Source of the DNA: Chara braunii
Taxonomy: Eukaryota; Plantae; Charophyceae
Reading direction: 5' to 3'
Length of the DNA stretch: 55,260 nucleotides
Assembly (NCBI GenBank): GCA_003427395.1
Contig: BFEA01000012.1
Location: 1,412,123 to 1,467,382 of the forward strand
The notes under the pieces: generated by a model
Told to the model about the DNA's origin: nothing
Database searches by the model: none
What the model saw: the letters and a program-made list of their open reading frames with translations, nothing else
Translations under genes and position numbers: made by a program
Shown here: positions 1 to 14,138 of the stretch, piece by piece
How positions within the stretch are numbered: the stretch's first letter is position 1
Layout of the letters: each line of letters begins with the position of its first letter

Positions 1-90
<90 letters not shown>
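1..90. repeat. (TG)n(AG)n microsatellite. Similar tracts at ~3950-4080, 7160-7200 (ATTG), 7684-7846, 9200-9345 (TCCC/TCAC), 17342-17400 (GTT), 17788-17850, 21044-21210 (GAA/GGA), 37522-37576, 39738-40029, 40496-40569
   Basis: Directly visible simple repeats. Confidence 0.97.
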
Positions 91-92
<2 letters not shown>

Positions 93-134
93 GATGCTAA
101 ATGGCTGAAACCTCCCCTTAAAACAAGTAGAAAA

Positions 135-1376
135 TGACGAGATCAGAGATAATTTGGGTGAATTTGGTAGCTAAAATCACAACTGTTTTTGCCGTATGCA
201 AAAGAAACAAATGAGCTTGAGAGGAGGGAGAGATAAAAGAAGAAGAAGAAAGAAAGAAGAAGAAGATGTACACCAGCAAAAGACCAATGACAATTACCAA
301 GCAACTCCTCCTTATTGCCCCCTCTTATGCAAACAATAAATAATGATAACAATAATGATGAATGGCTGAACCAGAATCAAAGTCCGAATCTCTCTTCTAC
401 TGCTTGGTATAACCAGAGGTCCACAATAGCCATAGCCTCCCTCTTCCTTCTCTCCAACCAGGCCGAGGCTATGGTGGACTACTAAGGGTCCAGCCCTGGT
501 GTGCAAAAGACCATGCAAAGCAGCTATGGCCGCTGCTTCTCAGGCCGCCATGCCTGACTCTGCCTTGGAGCCTTCTTGGTGCGGCGCTACCCCAACCGGG
601 GCCTTCCAGATGCAGCTCCTAACAAGGTGGTGAATATGGCGTCCACCGTAGCCGGGTAAGTACCTCGCCACTCTCCTCCTCCGTCCCCTTCTTCCTCCTC
701 CTCAGGCTGGGCTGCTCCCCATAGCCAGACAGAGCGCCCAGCTTCTTCTTCCTCCTACCAGCGCTGAATTGCCCAGCGCTCCTCTCTCCAGCGGCGCTCT
801 GAGAACCAGCGCCCGCTCAAGCGTCATGGCTGCCAGACTTGCATACCGCAATTGAGAAGGAGCACTTCGCTCCTCCTGGAGATATAGCAGCCTACTGCCT
901 CTGGGGTGGTGACTTCCAGGCCGCACGGCCTCCAAGCAACTGGTGCATCCTCCATTTCGGAGGGAAACATCGTTGCAGACTGTGATATTGTCCGCACACT
1001 GCGCACAGGCCCTAGACTCAGGGTACTTGGACTAGTACCCGCCTACCTCCAGGCCTAACGCTACTGGGCCTCTAAAAATACTACATTTTTGTCTTCTACT
1101 GCTCGGCCTACCTCTGCTCAAGTGCTACCGGTGCTGACACTACGTGACTTGAGTGTGCCCCAAGCTATCCTTTTGGCCAGTTGAGTGTTTTTCCCTGCGG
1201 CAACCCTCAAAGTCACGGCCACATGTAAGTACCGGCCCTGCGACGGGCATCAAGCACGCACACCTGCAGACTTGGAAAACCCAGCAGAATGCAGGAATCT
1301 CAGCAAGGCATACATTCCAGCGGCAAAACACAGAAATCAGCAGCGTTTTCAGCCTGTGTTTTGGCAGGTCATTACA
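135..1376. mobile_element. LTR-like dispersed repeat, inverted homologue of 24239-25609
   Basis: Long colinear similarity, e.g. aatggctgaaccagaatcaa-gtccga at ~361 and its reverse complement at ~25330-25352. Shared terminus ...ggcaggtcattaca. Left boundary approximate; no TSD seen. Confidence 0.7.
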
Positions 1377-1449
1377 AGTGGCGAAAATTTAGTTGAAGAT
1401 GAGTCAGAAATGAAGTAGAACCGACTTGCTCTGCTGCACCGAGGTAGCC

Positions 1450-2277
1450 TGTTACATTCTGAGCCTGCACACGGACCCCATTTCGGGGGCCCGGCGGTTG
1501 CTGGGGCCCCCCAGGCTGCACGCCCGTCAGATGCGCGCCCTAGAGGCCCACGGCCGGCCTCAGGGCCGCAGGTTTCGATTTGAGGCAGAATTCATTTATT
1601 TATTTGCTGTCCTATTTTTGTCTGTTCAGGTGTCGTTTCAGACTTGCAGTTCATCCAAACAGACTTTCAGTCTGTTCGGACAAACCACTTTTGTGGCCTG
1701 GTACGGACGTAGGCAGGCCCTGTTGGGCCAGGTCCATTTTTGTCCAGTAGTGGACGCTCCCTGCTGCATCAGCAGGTAGGGCCTGGACGTCCGGTAGGGA
1801 CCCAGGCAGGCCGTTTTGAGGCCAGGACCAGAGGCACACGGAGGTACGCCCGCGAGGCCCAGCGCTACTTATAGCTGGGCCACGCCTGGGCGGACACACA
1901 GTTTGAGTAGCTCACTTCTTGGGCGACACGCTGCTAGAGCAGTGCGACACTACGCTGCGCTAGGGAGTAGAGGCGTAGGTAGGGCGAGGGGCGGAGGCCA
2001 TACCTGCATCGTCGGTCTTCATCCGGGCACCATAGCTGGCCCACACCAGCGACCTGCACAGAGGGAGAGAGACCGCCGGCAGTTAATACACGGCGGCAGT
2101 TACCTGCAGGTGAGATAGCGAGGAGGACGACATCTTCTTCTTCTTCTTCTTGCTCTCGCCCTCCATCTCTCCTCCCTCCTCCTTCCCTCTTCTTCTTCTT
2201 CTTCTTCTTCTTCTTCTTCTTCTTCTCTGATTTCAGAGAGAGAGAGAGAGAGACCGTGGTTACAGGAAGAGGTTACA
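1450..2277. mobile_element. GC-rich LTR-like repeat fragment
   Basis: TGTTAC...GGTTACA possible termini, GGCCC-rich body and (CTT)n/(GA)n tract. No TSD found. Confidence 0.3.
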
Positions 2278-3542
2278 TCAGGCATGAAGCGCAGGATCTG
2301 ATTCGACATTTTGTGGCAGACATTGATTAGACATTTGGCAGGGAGACTATTTTTGGACTTCGCTATCGCGATCTTTGTCTTCTCCCTCACCTCCATCTTT
2401 GTCTTGCCCCGCCCCCATTGATGTCTTGCCTCGCCCCCATCTCCTCATCCGTGGTATCTCCCCCCATGTGCGTGTTCAAGGAGGGATCTTTCTTCCATGT
2501 ATGCGGTCCCTCCTCCCTCTCTCACATGTGTGGTGTATGATGGGGTGTCGCGTCAATATCTGACAGGTCAGGTCATATCTTTGAGTCTTCTGCTGCGCTA
2601 CGTTGTGCTATAATTTTCATATGTATCTGGATGTACATTGCTTGTTGATGCTTTGCTGACACTGAATTGTCCATTCGAGTCCTTTTTTTCACTTTGCTGA
2701 TCCTTGGCTAAACATACATCGCTCAACTGAGCATGTATCATAGCCCCAGAGATTCAGGTGTGCTGTTCGTTCTCTGAGACCCCAGCTATTGGTGGGGAGT
2801 ACCACCTGCTGGCAACCAATGCCAGCGTTTGATTATTGACAGTAAGTGCACAGGTTGGTGTCGGCAAAGTCGGGGTCTGTTGGGAGAAACCTATGGTGGC
2901 ACTCCTTTCTTTTGTTTCTTCTCACAGCGATGTTTGTTGCCCTCCTTTTGTGCAACAGATGCATCTGTCTGTAAGACTCTGTAATCATCTGCTTTTGTCG
3001 AAGCTCTTGTCTTCTGTTTTTCGCTCTGCATTGTTTGCTTATGGTGCCAGTAATGCATGATATTACAAAGTAATACAAACCTCTTACTCCTTAAAGAGCC
3101 CGGTTCAATCTTCAGTGCAAGGGTGTGGTCACTGGCCATTCTTGTTGCCATTGTACTTGGAGGAGGACTCTACCATTGAAGCTGAATTTATATAATGGAT
3201 GGATGATTCAGGCTGACAAGGTGTCTCTGCATAGCAGCAGGAAAGGTCATCATCGTTCACTCTATTGTCGTTTGTGTGGTCATGGTTTCACTGTATAGTG
3301 TGGCGAATTGGTGCCTGCTGGGAGTATGAATCGTATCAGTGTGTTTTCCAGTTTTCATATGATCTTACGCCTTTCTCTTTGTCACACATATTGCTTGTAA
3401 GTGAGTGGGTAGAGGCGAGGCCAAAAAAAAAAAGAAAAAAAAAAAAAAAGAGGCGACTCGGGCGAGATGAATGCCCTCCTTGTTCTGTGTGGATCAGCCT
3501 AATGGTAGAAATGGGGCTGTTTGTTTTGTCATGTCTGCGTAG

Positions 3543-3630
3543 GTGATTGTTGTCGATAACTTCTTTTCAGGAACAAAAGACAACCTCAAGCGGTGGATGG
3601 GACATCCACACTTTGAGATTATTCGACATG
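3543..3630 (+). CDS. UXS: UXS exon (first in window)
   Basis: ag|GTGATT...CATG|gtgcgt; [29 protein letters not shown]. Confidence 0.93.
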
Positions 3631-4006
3631 GTGCGTACACATATGCAGGATCCATCCTCCTTTTTCATTCTTCTCCCTGTCCTTCATTGGTTTCTGCGTT
3701 CTCATCCTGGCTACCCTTCCTTTCATTGCAGCGTCAGTGCTTTCTCAATTGGGCGCACTGATTGCAGTGCTTCAGGCAGCCGGTCTCATCACGCCAAAAG
3801 GAAAACAACTTGAGAGAGAGGCAGTTACAGAACAAGCTGGTAGTGTGTGTGTGTGTAAAGAACACACAGAGAGAGAGAGAGGGAGAGAGAGGGGGGGAAA
3901 AGTTACAGAACAAGCCGGTAGTGTGTGTGTGTGTGTAACGAACACAGAGAGAGAGAGGGAGAGAGAGGGAGAGAGGGAGGGGGAGGGAGGGAGAGAGAGA
4001 GAGAGN

Positions 4007-4082
<76 letters not shown>

Positions 4083-7000
4083 TAGCCTTTAGGTCCATTA
4101 TCGACGGTTATATGAGCAGGCGGGTTCTTGCTGTTGTGGATTTGCAGATGTGACAGAGACGCTATTGGTGGAGGTTGATCGGATCTATCACCTTGCGTGT
4201 CCTGCCTCGCCCATCTTCTACAAGCACAACCCCGTGAAGGTATGTGAGTCATCAATTACAGTGGTGGGCAGGTGCAGTCTGCGCTATGGGCAATTCAGAT
4301 GTCTATGGTTCGTCTGACTGTTCGTGCTGTTTGTTTCCATCCTCTGTTTCATAAACGTAGGCAGGTACTCTGCTATGTGCAGTTCAGATGTCTACGGTTC
4401 ATCAGAATGTTTGTGCTGTTTTTTTTTTTCCGTCCTCTGTTTCATAAACGTAGACCCCAGCTTCAAATGCCGCTTCACTCTGGATAAACAATTGGCTCCA
4501 AAAGTCTCCTCCTTCTTAACCAACCTGCCAAGAAAGAAAGGAAGGAAAGAAACAAAGGGAATGCAATCAAACGGAACACAACATGAAATAAAGGGAAATG
4601 GGACAAAACAGAACTTGATGAAATGGAAGGAAATGGAAAATAATAAATATGGAACAGAATTGGAGGGAAACAAAATGAGACGGCATGAAAGAGAGCAAAA
4701 AGAAGGAAATTAAAAGAAATGCAATGAATGATATGGATGGAATAGAATGGAACAAAACGAATGGAAAAGACACAACAGAAGTTACAGAATGGAACGAAAA
4801 AAGAAAAAAAGAAAAAGAAAAAAAAAGAAAAAAAAAGAAAAAAAAAGAAGAAAAAAAAAGAAATGGAATCAGAGGGAATCGCATGAAATGAAAGGGAATC
4901 AAAACGACAGTAAATAGACTGACACCAAACTAAATAGAACAGGATGCACAGAATGACACAGGACAGAATGAAATGAAACAAGACACCAAACTAAATAGAA
5001 CAGGATGCACAGAGTGACACAGAACAGAGTGAACTGACCAGCAGTTGAAATGAAGTGAAATGAATGAAAATGGAATGAAACTGACCGGAAAACATAACAA
5101 AAAAGTGTACTGGTGTGTAGAGGTTGCTGCCCAACACTATGTTGTTCGATGTGATACCCGTTGGTGTGCTAAGTTGCAGACATGTGTATTGATTTACGTT
5201 GTCCCCACCCTTTCAGTATTTCCTGATCTTTTCTTGTTTTTCTAACTTTTTTCGTTTTGTATTGAAGAAAATTGTAAACATTGAAAACAGGAAGGGGGAA
5301 ATGAGTACGAAGTCCTATCAACATGAAGTGGTGGGAAATTCATATGAAATGGTATGAAAGTTTGAAAATGCGATGAAGTGAAAAGAAATGTAATACACAT
5401 GGAACATCACACACACAAAGAAAAAGCAATGTAGTGAAAAGAAAAGTACACATGAGTAACTGGGATGTCAGTTACTCCGGGTAGACTGTGAGGACCCCGG
5501 CCTCAATCTTCTCATTGGAAATATCAGCCTTGGGCACTGGGCCCCTTTTTTTTTGTTTTTTTTTGGACAACTTGCGTCACAGCAAAAAGCCCAGTGAACT
5601 GAGTGAAGTGAAAAGAAATGTATGAATGAATAACCGGAACAAACTTGCCCCCTACCATTGACTTTCACTTGTCCCCCCACCCATTCTCCTTCCTGTCCTT
5701 GGCCCCACTTCCCCTCCCTTCCCTCTCCCCTCCCTCCCCTCTTGTCTCTCTCCCCTTCCCTCCGCGTCCCTGGCCGACATAGCCCCCCACCCCACCCCCA
5801 AATTCCCCCGATGTCACCGCTACGGCTTTCACCTGAATAAGACTGCACAGGCGTTATCGCTGTAATCTTAGATTGAAAGTTGCTCCACACACAGATACAA
5901 AGAATGTGCATTCTATTCGAGGTAGGACGGTACCTCATCGGAACCTGGCAGGATCCAGCGGCCTAGCTCAGTTGGTAAGGCTCGCAAGTGGCATCCAGGA
6001 GGTCGTGGGTTCAATGCCCATTGGCGCCTCATGTACCTTCCTGGGCATGCTTGGCGCCCGCCACCTAGAGATAGACCACTGGATCCCCGATCAACGTTGA
6101 GCAGAGTCTGCTGATGTTCATAGGAGAGGGGACCTGAGGGGAGACACAGGGATTGACACGGTCCCTGATGCTACCGGCTGTCCCCTGGCTGGTATCGCCC
6201 ACCTGCAGGTCGGGAGCAGCCTCCACATGTTCTTTCGTGAACACGGTTCTGGCTGCTACCGGGTTCCGCATGACTATAATTAGTAGTAGTGGCAGGTAGG
6301 TAGGTAGGTAGTGTGAGGTGAAGTTGCGAGGCAGGGCAAGGCTGCAGTCAAAAGACGAATGGCCCAGAGGAAAAATTGGCACAACAGCCCTTGCAACCTC
6401 CGACCATCTCTCAAAATTTGAATGACACAGAAGATTATTGGCCTCGCCTGCGTGCAATGAAGACATGGAAATTGAGATATGGTCGAGCTTTGTGCGGAGG
6501 GTTTCGGAACTCTTGACCGTTCGTTGTCTTTCACTCACTTGCAACAAATATACCTCCGTAATTTTGTTTATATTTTCGTTGACGAAGGGTTTCCTGTCAC
6601 GATGATCAGGATCTTGTGTACGGTTGAACGGAGGATATGGTTCCACCATGACCGCCTTGCCTTGTCCAGTATCCATTTTGAGTCGGAAGTTGCTTATGAT
6701 GGTGTGCGCACCTCATTCGTGTGCATAGCAGCCTTGCAAACTTTCGGACTATATCTGTAAGTTCAGTGGTGATTTGCTGTGTTTGTTTTCACGGCGCTGT
6801 CGATGCTTCATCTCATCTAGTTGTTTCTCCCTTCACCCTGCAGAAAATCTACCTACCTCCCGATGATGTGCTGCATGTTGGGCTGGTTGTCTTCTTGTCT
6901 GCTTGCCCACTGATGTTGTTAATGATGTGATGTGTGGGGTGGGATGCTTGGGTGGGGATGATCAAGCAGACAATCAAGACTAATGTGATGGGGACACTCA

Positions 7001-7160
7001 ACATGCTAGGGCTTGCGAAGCGCGTTGGAGCACGGTATGCATTTGATGGAAAAGAACCCTTGATCGTGGGCCAGTGGAAAAGGGAGGGTGGGGAATGGGA
7101 AGAGTAGTGAGACACAGGAATATCAGGGCTGCCATTAGAAATTACAACCAGTTCCATTGG

Positions 7161-7201
<41 letters not shown>

Positions 7202-7679
7202 TGTCTTATCATTGCCTCTTTTCATTCACGGTTTCTCTCGCTTTCTGCATTCTGCGGCAGCTTCCAGGCAAAGATGACAGGATGCCCACACGACTGTTGG
7301 CTCCAAGGTTGGCAAGTGCATTTGTCATGAAGATGTTCTGATCTATCAATGTATGCCATAGTATGGTCAATTTTCAGTCTGGTTCAGCCCGAGGGAATCG
7401 ATTCCATGAGTTCAGCAGTTCCAATTGAGAAATTGGTTTCATTCAAAATGTTTGTTTCATTGGCAACGGCTGGTATCCTCTTTGCCAAACCCAAAAACTA
7501 GCCCACTGAAACCACTGAAATATCATGGGATCATTGGGAATTTGGACGAACATTTGGAAAGCAGTTCAAAGCATGAGTTATGCCTGCTTTCTCATTCCAC
7601 AAGCAAGTAGAACAGAATTGAGTGTTTGTATCCCCTCTGGAGTGGTATTGTGCCGAGGAATTGTACAAACAGCTAAACA

Positions 7680-7775
<96 letters not shown>

Positions 7776-7776
7776 N

Positions 7777-7849
<73 letters not shown>

Positions 7850-10800
7850 TTCATGCTTTGAAGGTTTATGATTTCTCAGAATCAGGCCTATGTACACCTT
7901 TTCAACTGAGTATTGCCCTATATGAGGTCAGACACACTCAGGGAAGACCTTGTGTGAGTATGCCATTAGCCAGGGGAAAGAGGAAATTGAGAGGTAACGT
8001 AAGGATGAGATGCAAGGGTTTGCAGAGCTCAGATGAACGCCGGAAATTTCACGGAAAATGTGATTAGGCAAGGCTGGCCAAGACTGGGGCTAGATGCTTC
8101 AGGGGGCAAAATGTGCTGAGCTTTTTCTGACATCGCAGATGGGCGTAGATCTGCCTTTCGGACGCTTGACTTAACTCTTAATTTTCTCTATTACTGGGCT
8201 TGTGGTGTTTGTTTTGAGGTGAAAATGACCACTTGGCTGTACTCTTCCTGGTAAGGACTCTTTTATAATCTGTTTAGACCCTGCTCACCGGCTTATTGAC
8301 TCGTGAACTCGGCCCTGCACACTTTTCCCTAGCTTGTCACCTTAAGCCATGTGTCGTTGGCTTTCCGGGCTCCGGATATTCCCTTAATGCGACCCTGTCA
8401 TAACGGCCATCGTGTGAAATTGTCTGGAGGCGGTATGACTCTTGCGTTATGATTGGTCACTTCTCTGCCAAAATGCTATGAGAGGCATCTTGTTTTCATC
8501 ATTTCGGCAATGCTGTCGCAGGCGTCTAGTTTTTGTTCTTTCTTCTTTTTCAATTTGTTATTTTCCTTTCCCCTCTTGGAAGGGGGGAATTGTTCCTAAC
8601 ACTATTATTCTATCCATCCTTGTCGGATCAGCATTGGGACTCGCACTTTCTTTCTTGACAGGCACATGTGTGTGCCATTGAGCTATGTGGGCTGGAGCTG
8701 GTTTGGTCGTTTCTTCTTTTTTTTGTTAACTACTCTGTATTCTTCTCTCCATTATACCCCCCACTAAGTACCCACCTCCCTATGTCCAGTATGTCAGCAA
8801 GGCAAACTCATCCAGATGCCGTGATGTTCCACTAGGGTCGGGCCTAACCCCGGGTAAGGGATGGAAGGGACAAAGGGATAGCCCCTTCCAAGACGAACCA
8901 GGGGTGCAAGCCAGCTTATGGACCCGTAGCGCGCCCCAGGAGTGGTTTGGTCGTTACTTTATTGGTTTAGCTGGTATCAAATTGGCAGCTTGTGGGTGAA
9001 GATTTTGCAAACCCAGGAGTTTTCTCAGAGAAACACACCATTTGGCTGCTTCTGGGCTTGTGGATGGTGTGGTGATGTGAATTGCAGGATTTTGTTGACG
9101 TCAACGTCAGAAGTCTATGGGGATCCCTTAGTGCACCCTCAGCCGGAGGAATACTGGGGAAATGTGAATCCTATTGGTGAGTAAAATTATTCCCTCTCTC
9201 ACTCTCTCACTCACTCCCTCACTCACACTCTCCCTCACTCCCTCCCTCACTCCCTCACTCCCTCCCTCCCTCACTCCCTCCCTCCCTCCCTCCCTCCCTC
9301 CCTCCCTCCCTCCCTCCCTCCCTCACTCGCTCACTCGCTCACTCACTGCTTTCTGTTCCTCTTTCCGTCCTGCCTGGGTGTTACAAGGAACTATTTCAGG
9401 GTCTCAAAAAGATGTAGAAATGGGAGACTGCGTTTGATGCCATCAGATTTTGGCAGCAGAGTAGCACATCAAACCAGAAAACACTCTTCTGACGCCAGCG
9501 ATGCTCAGTTGTACATCATCTATGGTTTCTGTTTACTTTTTCTTTAAACGAAAGCCAGCCTTCGCCTAGTAGAAGGGGTGGTAGGAGCAGCCCCTGCTAC
9601 TAACATGGTGCCGGTTGCTCCATTCTATTGGTGGGGAGATTCACCTGCTGGATATGGGGCTCAGCGTCCCATTGGATATCGGTGAAGATTTGAGATGCTA
9701 CCCTTTGTGTCCCTACAGCGAAGAAACACCCCACCAGCATTGATTGCCCCAGTTAGCTGGGGGATTAAATGTGCGGGATTGTAAATTAGCAGTCTGCCTC
9801 TTCTGCTGTGCTACTCAGCGCCAGAAATAGCTTTCATCCTAGCAGCACCACTAACCCATGAAGCGTCTCCCCCATACCAAGTCATGTAAACCAGGGAAAG
9901 AGCACCTGCGGGAAAGGGGCCCGGGAAGTCAGAGCGGGAGAGCACACACACACACTCACTCACTCGACACGACGGACTCGGACTGAGGATCGGACGCAGA
10001 CACAGTGGCAAGGCACAAAGTCGAAGTCTTGGATTCCCGAATGCCGAAAACAGCAAGTCACACTGAGTACGAGTACAGCAGCAGAGAACTGGTACGCGAC
10101 TCTCCCCCGTACCGTACGGGGAGCCGGTCATAAGTACCGGTGACACGTACGGTACCAGGGGCATTTCTGCAAAGGCCCCGAGGGCAGAACTGAAAAATGC
10201 AGTATTTGAAAGTGGCGCCCGAATTGCAGCATGGCGCCAGTTGTCCAAAATCCTACGGTACCAAAAGGAGGGGTTTGGAACAGGGGTGCCAGGCCGAAAA
10301 CGGGATGCAGCCGAAACAGCAAAAGATAGACCAGGGATCGAGCCCTGGCGAAGTCCGTAACACCTCAGCTCATCCCTACCCACGTTCAGGTGCGTCATCC
10401 ACCTTGCGCTGATTGTCTCGGTCAATTTAGCCCTAGGGTGCAGCATACAGTGGGTGGATTTAACTGTGAGAATGTGCAGAGCCCTCTTGTGCAACCCGCC
10501 CCTCTTCAGTCCGGATGTCCATGTTCAGAGCTCCGGATCCAGGGCGAGCTCCGATATCTTGATCTCACGCTTGAAGGCCACCCATTGGTCGCCCTCTTTG
10601 AATACCCTGATCCTATGGACATGGTCCCGGGTACCCAACTCACCTCTTCCTGGCGGTACGGGTGAGCCTGTTATCGTCTTGCCTCTGCCACCAGCTCACA
10701 AGCACATGCCTCCTGAGTGTGTGTCTATAACACTACCCACCATGTCCTTCACCCCCCGAATGGCTACCCCATCACTTTCCTCCAGGGTGGGGCCCTTACG

Positions 10801-13535
10801 AAAAATGCACACCCAGTCCAAGGGGATTGCGTCCAGTAGGGTGTCAAAGGCTTCCTGGGGCTTATGACAGTACCGCACGCAGGTTCTTTTTTAGGTGTTC
10901 CTCTGTGATCCAATCCTTTTTTTCCTTGTCTCAGATATCCCCCACCCTCAGCACCCCATTTCCGATCCATCCTTTCCAAGGTTCGGCTGTGCTAATGAAT
11001 ACCCCGCTGTGCTCATCAGTAATTACTAATCAGTCACAAGCGGTTAACAGGGACCCCCACTGAACACATTTTTGCCGTGGGGTTCAAGGCCCTTTTGATC
11101 CATTTTTTCCTTCTTTTTTTAATGTTGGTTTATTTGGTGCCCACTCTATGGACTGCTGACAAGTCTGGCTTAAAAGGTGTGGGCCGTTTGTTATAATGAC
11201 CCTGAAAAAAACCTGAAAATTTAGGGCTCTGTTAACCGCTTCGCAGCCTGTTTCTGAAAAGCGGCTGCCTACAAACTTCCTCCCTCGGGGAGGGTGCTGG
11301 CCGGTCCGGTAGGGGGAGCTGCTGCCATGTCTTCAGCAAGGTTGGCCAAAAGGCGTCCTTGGCCAGGTCCCTTCTTGTGGCCTGCCTATCATCAACCGGT
11401 ATCTTGGCTGATCCACGCGGTATCGACCAATACCTATCTTCCAACCATGTGCAGGATTCTGTGCCAGGTGGTGCTGGTGGTGCCAGTCTCGCTATTTGCT
11501 CCAGTAAGAGAGGTCGCCAAGGTGCATACGGCACAAAAAATAAGATTTTGGGGTCTATAATCCCCAGCCCCCCACATGATTTTGGCTGGATCACCCAGTT
11601 CCAGGCCACCCTGCTGATCACGTGCTTAAGCTTGTGGTTACCCCTCCAAAGGAAGGCGGCAACTTGCCGCTGGATTGAGCGCAGCGAGCCTTTGGATAGT
11701 GCCCATAGCACCGATTTGTACCACTGGGAGGCCAGGACCATGTTGTTTATGACCAGTGCCGCCACTGGTCTGGTCAGCCACTCGTCGTTCATTCTGGGTC
11801 TTCGTTCTGCCGACAACTGTACCCCCAGTATCAGGACTGGGGCCTGGAGTGGCACCCAATGAATTTGTGGGATTTCATGGGGCCTGCTGCCCTGGTAATG
11901 TATCGACCATCCTGGGGTCATGTTGCCCCAGTTGACCAGCATGTCAGACAGTCCGCAAAAGCTGTCCACAAGGTGCTTTATCTCTTCATGTTTTCCAGTG
12001 TAGCATCTATCATGAATGTCAGGTCGTCTGCGAACAGGGAGCAGACCGGAATTGCATCTTATGGGATAGAGGTGACTTTCATCTTCTTAATACTTCTATG
12101 CGTCCTCAAGTCTGCGGCAAGGGCCTCCATCACAATCACAAACACAAAAAAGGGCAATTGGATCCCTTGGCCGAACTGAGTGCTGCAGCGATATGGGCGG
12201 TGCCAGGTTGCCATTTACCTGCACCCTGGCCGTCGCATTCTGGTGCAGGATTCTGACCCACCTGCAAAACCCCGGTCCAAAATTCATCTTCTCTAGACAT
12301 TTGTCCAAAAATACCCAGTCCATGTGCTCATATGCCTTTCCAAAATGGATGAAGGTGAACCCGGCGTTATGTTTGGACTGTCGGGATAGTTTGAGCAGCT
12401 TGTTGACTAACAATATGTTGTCCCGGATGTTTCTACCCTGTATAAAACCTGTCTGTGCGGGGTGGATTATATCCCTCATTACTCCCTGCATTCAATTGGC
12501 CAGCACCCTTTGCCAACATTTTATAGACTACCCATCACTACCGTAAAAAGGGTGATCGGACGGTAGTGACAAATGTTGGTCTTTTCCCCTTTCTTATATA
12601 GGAGTGTCAGAACCCCTTACCCCACAAATTCCCCCATGTGGCTGGACTGCCAAACCACACTGTAGTACTCCATCAATTCCAGGGAAAACGCGTGCCAGAA
12701 GGATTCCCATAATTCCTTACGGAGACTGTCTATTCCCAGGGTCTTTTCCTCCTCCATCTGCACAAGGGCGGTCCAGACCACCTCCTTTCCAGGCCATGGC
12801 ATTGGTGGTCAGACAGCGTTTTTGTAATGGTTCCAGTAAGGCTCCTGTCTCCTCCTCCCGAGCTTCTCTCGCGTGGTGAGTGGACTGGGATGTACAAAGG
12901 TGGTTGTAGAAGTCCCATGTGATCCTTACGCACACCGTGGTGCAGAAGTGGCCAAGGCAGCGTCTTGATCGGGGTCCACCAGGGCATCTATAGTGGTCCT
13001 CCCTGTGTGTGCTTCGGCCGTTCTTAAAAAAATAGTGTCAATGGTTCCATCTGTTAGATACTTGTGAAGCTTGCCTCTAATGCGCACCCCGCACCACCTG
13101 TGCCTTGCATATTCCAGCAGTTGATTTTTGATCTGTTGTATATCTCTCTTAAAGCCCCAGTACATGGGCACCTGGGCCGCAGGCCTGACACCTCAAATCC
13201 TGGAAGCGCGAAACGCAAACTCGACCGCCGATCCAATTTGTCAACGGAGGTTGGCCTTGTTTTCTTGTGGCGACGAGTTTCGGGCCGCAAGGCTGGGGCC
13301 GTGTACTAGTGGTTTAAGCTGTGTTGTAGGCTCGTTTGCCGGATCCTATGGTTGTTGCTGCTGCTGCTGGTGCTGGTGCTGGTGCTGGTGCTGGTGGTGG
13401 TGGTGGTGGTGGTGGTGGTGGTGGTGGTGGTGTTGGTGGTGTTGGTGGTGCTGTTGGTGGTGTTGTTGGTGCTGTTGTTGGTGCTGCTGTTGTTGTTGTT
13501 GGTGCTGCTGTTGTTGTTGTTGGTGCTGCTGCTGC

Positions 13536-13608
<73 letters not shown>

Positions 13609-14069
13609 GGTGGTGGTGTTAGTGCTGTTGGTGTTGTTGTTGGTGCTGTTGGTGGTGTTGTTGGTGGTGTTGGTGTTGTTGGTGGTGCTGTTGGTGGTGT
13701 TGTTGGTGCTGTTGTTGGTGCTGCTGTTGTTGTTGTTGTTGGTGCTGCTGTTGTTGTTGTTGGTGCTGCTGCTGTTGTTGTTGTTGGTGGTGGTGGTGGA
13801 GGTGGTGGTGGTGTTGGTGCTGTTGGTGTTGTTGTTGGTGCTGTTGGTAGTGTTGTTGGTGCTGTTGTTGGTGCTGCTGTTGTTGTTGTTGGTGCTGCTG
13901 TTGTTGTTGTTGGTGCTGCTGCTGTTGTTGGTGCTGCTGCTGCTGTTGCCGCTGTTGTTGTTGCTGCTGTTGTTGGTGCTGCTGTTGTTGCTGTTGCTGC
14001 TGTTGCTGCTGCTGGTGCTGCTGCTGTTGTTGTTGTTGTTGCTGTTGCTGTTGCTGCTGCTGTTGTTGC

Positions 14070-14138
<69 letters not shown>

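Noticed and set aside
3820-5040. Local duplications (3822/3901, 4290/4378, 4921/4982; also 41169/41200)
   Set aside because: Ordinary short tandem duplications with no further structure.
5958-6030. Functional tRNA gene
   Set aside because: A and B boxes are present, but the acceptor and anticodon stems do not pair and there is no T-run terminator; better explained as a SINE head.
6065-6760. 203-aa minus-strand ORF and overlapping ORFs
   Set aside because: No recognisable motif; overlaps a SINE; probably a decayed repeat.
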